This document shows, piece by piece, positions 62,031 through 64,000 of a DNA stretch of 64,000 nt. The stretch is from Nitrospirota bacterium (GTDB lineage: Bacteria; Nitrospirota; UBA9217): the NCBI GenBank assembly GCA_963796285.1, contig CAWCKW010000012.1, positions 1,216,001 through 1,280,000 on the forward strand, given 5' to 3'. The notes beneath the pieces are model-generated. The model was not told the DNA's origin and did no database searches. It saw nothing but the letters and a program-made list of their open reading frames with translations. Made by a program: the position numbers and the translations under genes. How positions within the stretch are numbered: position 1 is the first letter of the stretch; each line of letters starts with the position of its first letter.

Positions 62031-64000
62031 TTGAGTACTTCAAGACACAGACCTTTCAGCTTCTTAGCAGTCATGATGCTTATTCTGGTCCTTTCGCTCA
62101 TGCTGGTAAGCTGCGGCAGTATAACTTCAAGCCCAAATTCGTATTCTGTAACCTATTATGGCAACGGCAATACCGGCGGTAACGTCCCGATTGACTCAAA
62201 CAAATATGTGAACGGGCAGACTGTCACAGTGCTCGGCAATACAGACAACCTCGTAAAAATCGGCTATGCCTTCATGGGCTGGAACACGCTAGCGGACGGA
62301 TCCGGCGCAACCTATACGCAGGCGCAGACCTTCACGATGGTTGCGGCAAATGTTACCCTGTATGCGATCTGGACCACAAACCCCACGTATACCGTAACCT
62401 ATGACGGCAACGGCAACACCGGCGGCAGTGTTCCGGTTGACACTACCAATTACGTGCTAGGGCAAATTGTCACGGTGCTCGGGAATACAGGAAACCTCGT
62501 AAGGACCGGCTATTTCTTCGTGGGTTGGAGCACGCAAGCGGACGGATCCGGTGCAACCTATTCGCAGGCGCAGACCTTCGCGATGGGTACGGCAAATGTT
62601 ACCCTGTACGCGAAGTGGACCGCAAACCCCGTACTATACCGTGACCTATAACGGTAACGGCAAAACCGGCGGCAGCGTTCCGGTTGACTCAACCAATTAC
62701 GAGCAAGGGCAGACCGTTACGGTGCTCGGCAACCCAGGCAAACTCGTACGGACCAGCTATTCCTTCGTGGGCTGGAACATGCAGTCTAACGGGTCCGGCA
62801 CGACCTATACGCAGGCGCAGACCTTCACGATGGGTGCGGCAAATATTACCCTGTACGCTATGTGGACCGAAAACCCCACGTATACCGTAACCTATAACGG
62901 CAACGGCAATACCAGCGGTATCGTCCCGGTTGACTCAACCAACTACGAGCAGGGGCAGGATGTTTCGGTGCTCGGCAATACAGGCAACCTTGTAAAGACC
63001 AACTATTCCTTCGGAGGCTGGAACACGCAGGCTAACGGGTCCGGCACGATCTATACGCAGTCGCAAACCTTCACGATGGGTGCGGCAAATGTTACCCTGT
63101 ACGCTATGTGGACCGCAAACCCCACGTATACCGTAACCTATAACGGCAACGGCAGTACCGGCGGCATCGTCCCGGTTGACTCAACCAACTACCAGCAGTT
63201 GCAGACCGTTACGGTGCTCGGCAATACAGGCAATCTCGTAAAGACCGGCAATTCCTTCGCAGGCTGGAACACGCAGGCTGACGGATCCGGCGCAACCTAT
63301 CCGCCGGCGCAAACCTTCATTATGGGTGCGGCAAATGTTACCCTGTACGCGAAGTGGAGCGTGCTGCCCAACCACACCGTAACCTACTCGGCAACAGCAG
63401 TATGGCGGCAGCCGGCCCGATGAGTAACCAGATCGCCAATAGGGTGGACAGTTACGGTGCTCGAAAGACAAGCCTCCTTTAAGGCCTGGGCTATCACCTT
63501 CGCGGCTGGAACACGCAGGCTAACGGCAGCCGGCACGACCTATACGCCGATGTAGCAACCACCCCATTATGGGTGCGGCAAACGTCACCCTGTACGCAAA
63601 GTGGACCGCGCTGCCCAACCACACCGTAACCTATTCAACAGCAGTACCGGCGGCAGCGGCTCGATGAGTCCAACCAGATCGCCAATAGGCTGCCGACGGT
63701 GCTGACGGCCAAGGCACCTTCACACGACCGGGCTATCACCTTCAGCGGCTGGAACACGCAGCTGCTGGCGGCGGCACGAGCTATACGCAATCGCAGACAA
63801 TCTACCCCTTCGCGGCAGACGTCACGCTGTACGCTCAGTGGAGCGCGCTGCCCAACCACACCGTGACCTTCAACAGCAATGGCGGCACAGGCTCGATGAG
63901 TAACCAGATCGCCAATGTCCCGACGGCGCTGACAGCCAACACCTTCACGCGCACGGGCTACACCTTCAGCGGCTGGAACACCGCGGCTGCTGGCGGCGGC
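62031..64000 (+). CDS. Large lipoprotein with tandem InlB B-repeat (Listeria-Bacteroides repeat) domains; frameshifted, runs off the window
   Basis: AAGGAG RBS plus TTG start, lipobox LVSC, and repeated YTVTYxGNGxTGG...GWNTQADGSG..Y...NVTLYAxW. Confidence 0.85.
62142..63372 (+). repeat. Five tandem 246-bp coding repeats
   Basis: Units start at 62142, 62388, 62635, 62881 and 63127. One unit is 247 bp, matching the frameshift. Confidence 0.9.

Noticed and set aside
62142-63372. CRISPR array or DGR template/variable repeat
   Set aside because: The units are 246-bp in-frame protein repeats without spacers or adenine-specific divergence, and no cas or reverse transcriptase gene is present.

Overview
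Bacterial chromosomal window. Gene content and style suggest an anaerobic Nitrospirota or Desulfobacterota-like organism; this is an inference, not a taxonomic assignment. The sequence contains many single-base indels, most likely uncorrected long-read errors, that split otherwise conserved genes. Housekeeping genes lie on the flanks: era, nadA, rmuC and kup on the left; rluA, tex, an A2-type cytochrome c oxidase operon and purMN on the right. They surround a ~35 kb accessory signalling/transport region (about 5.9-41 kb) with four sensor kinases, three sigma54 activators, three sigma54 promoters, three TauE/SafE (TSUP) exporters, several universal stress proteins, a ClC, an MFS and a PEP-synthase-like protein. 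The most unusual elements are: (1) a Lon protease lacking its N-domain, with an intact response-regulator receiver inserted just before Walker A, co-encoded with a kinase and an activator whose receiver is very similar; (2) a tandem pair of GspE/PilB-N-domain proteins carrying 3+2 Arg-heptad DUF202 membrane repeats, a possible pseudo-pentameric VTC-like channel; (3) a recurring 'AxxFAEAGE' peptide module in three proteins, including an unlisted 56-aa ORF; (4) nested palindromic MITE/REP-like elements and a RAYT remnant between paired GTAG-REPs. The right end holds a DUF2844/DUF3443 pair and a large InlB-B-repeat lipoprotein. I found no rRNA, tRNA or CRISPR array.
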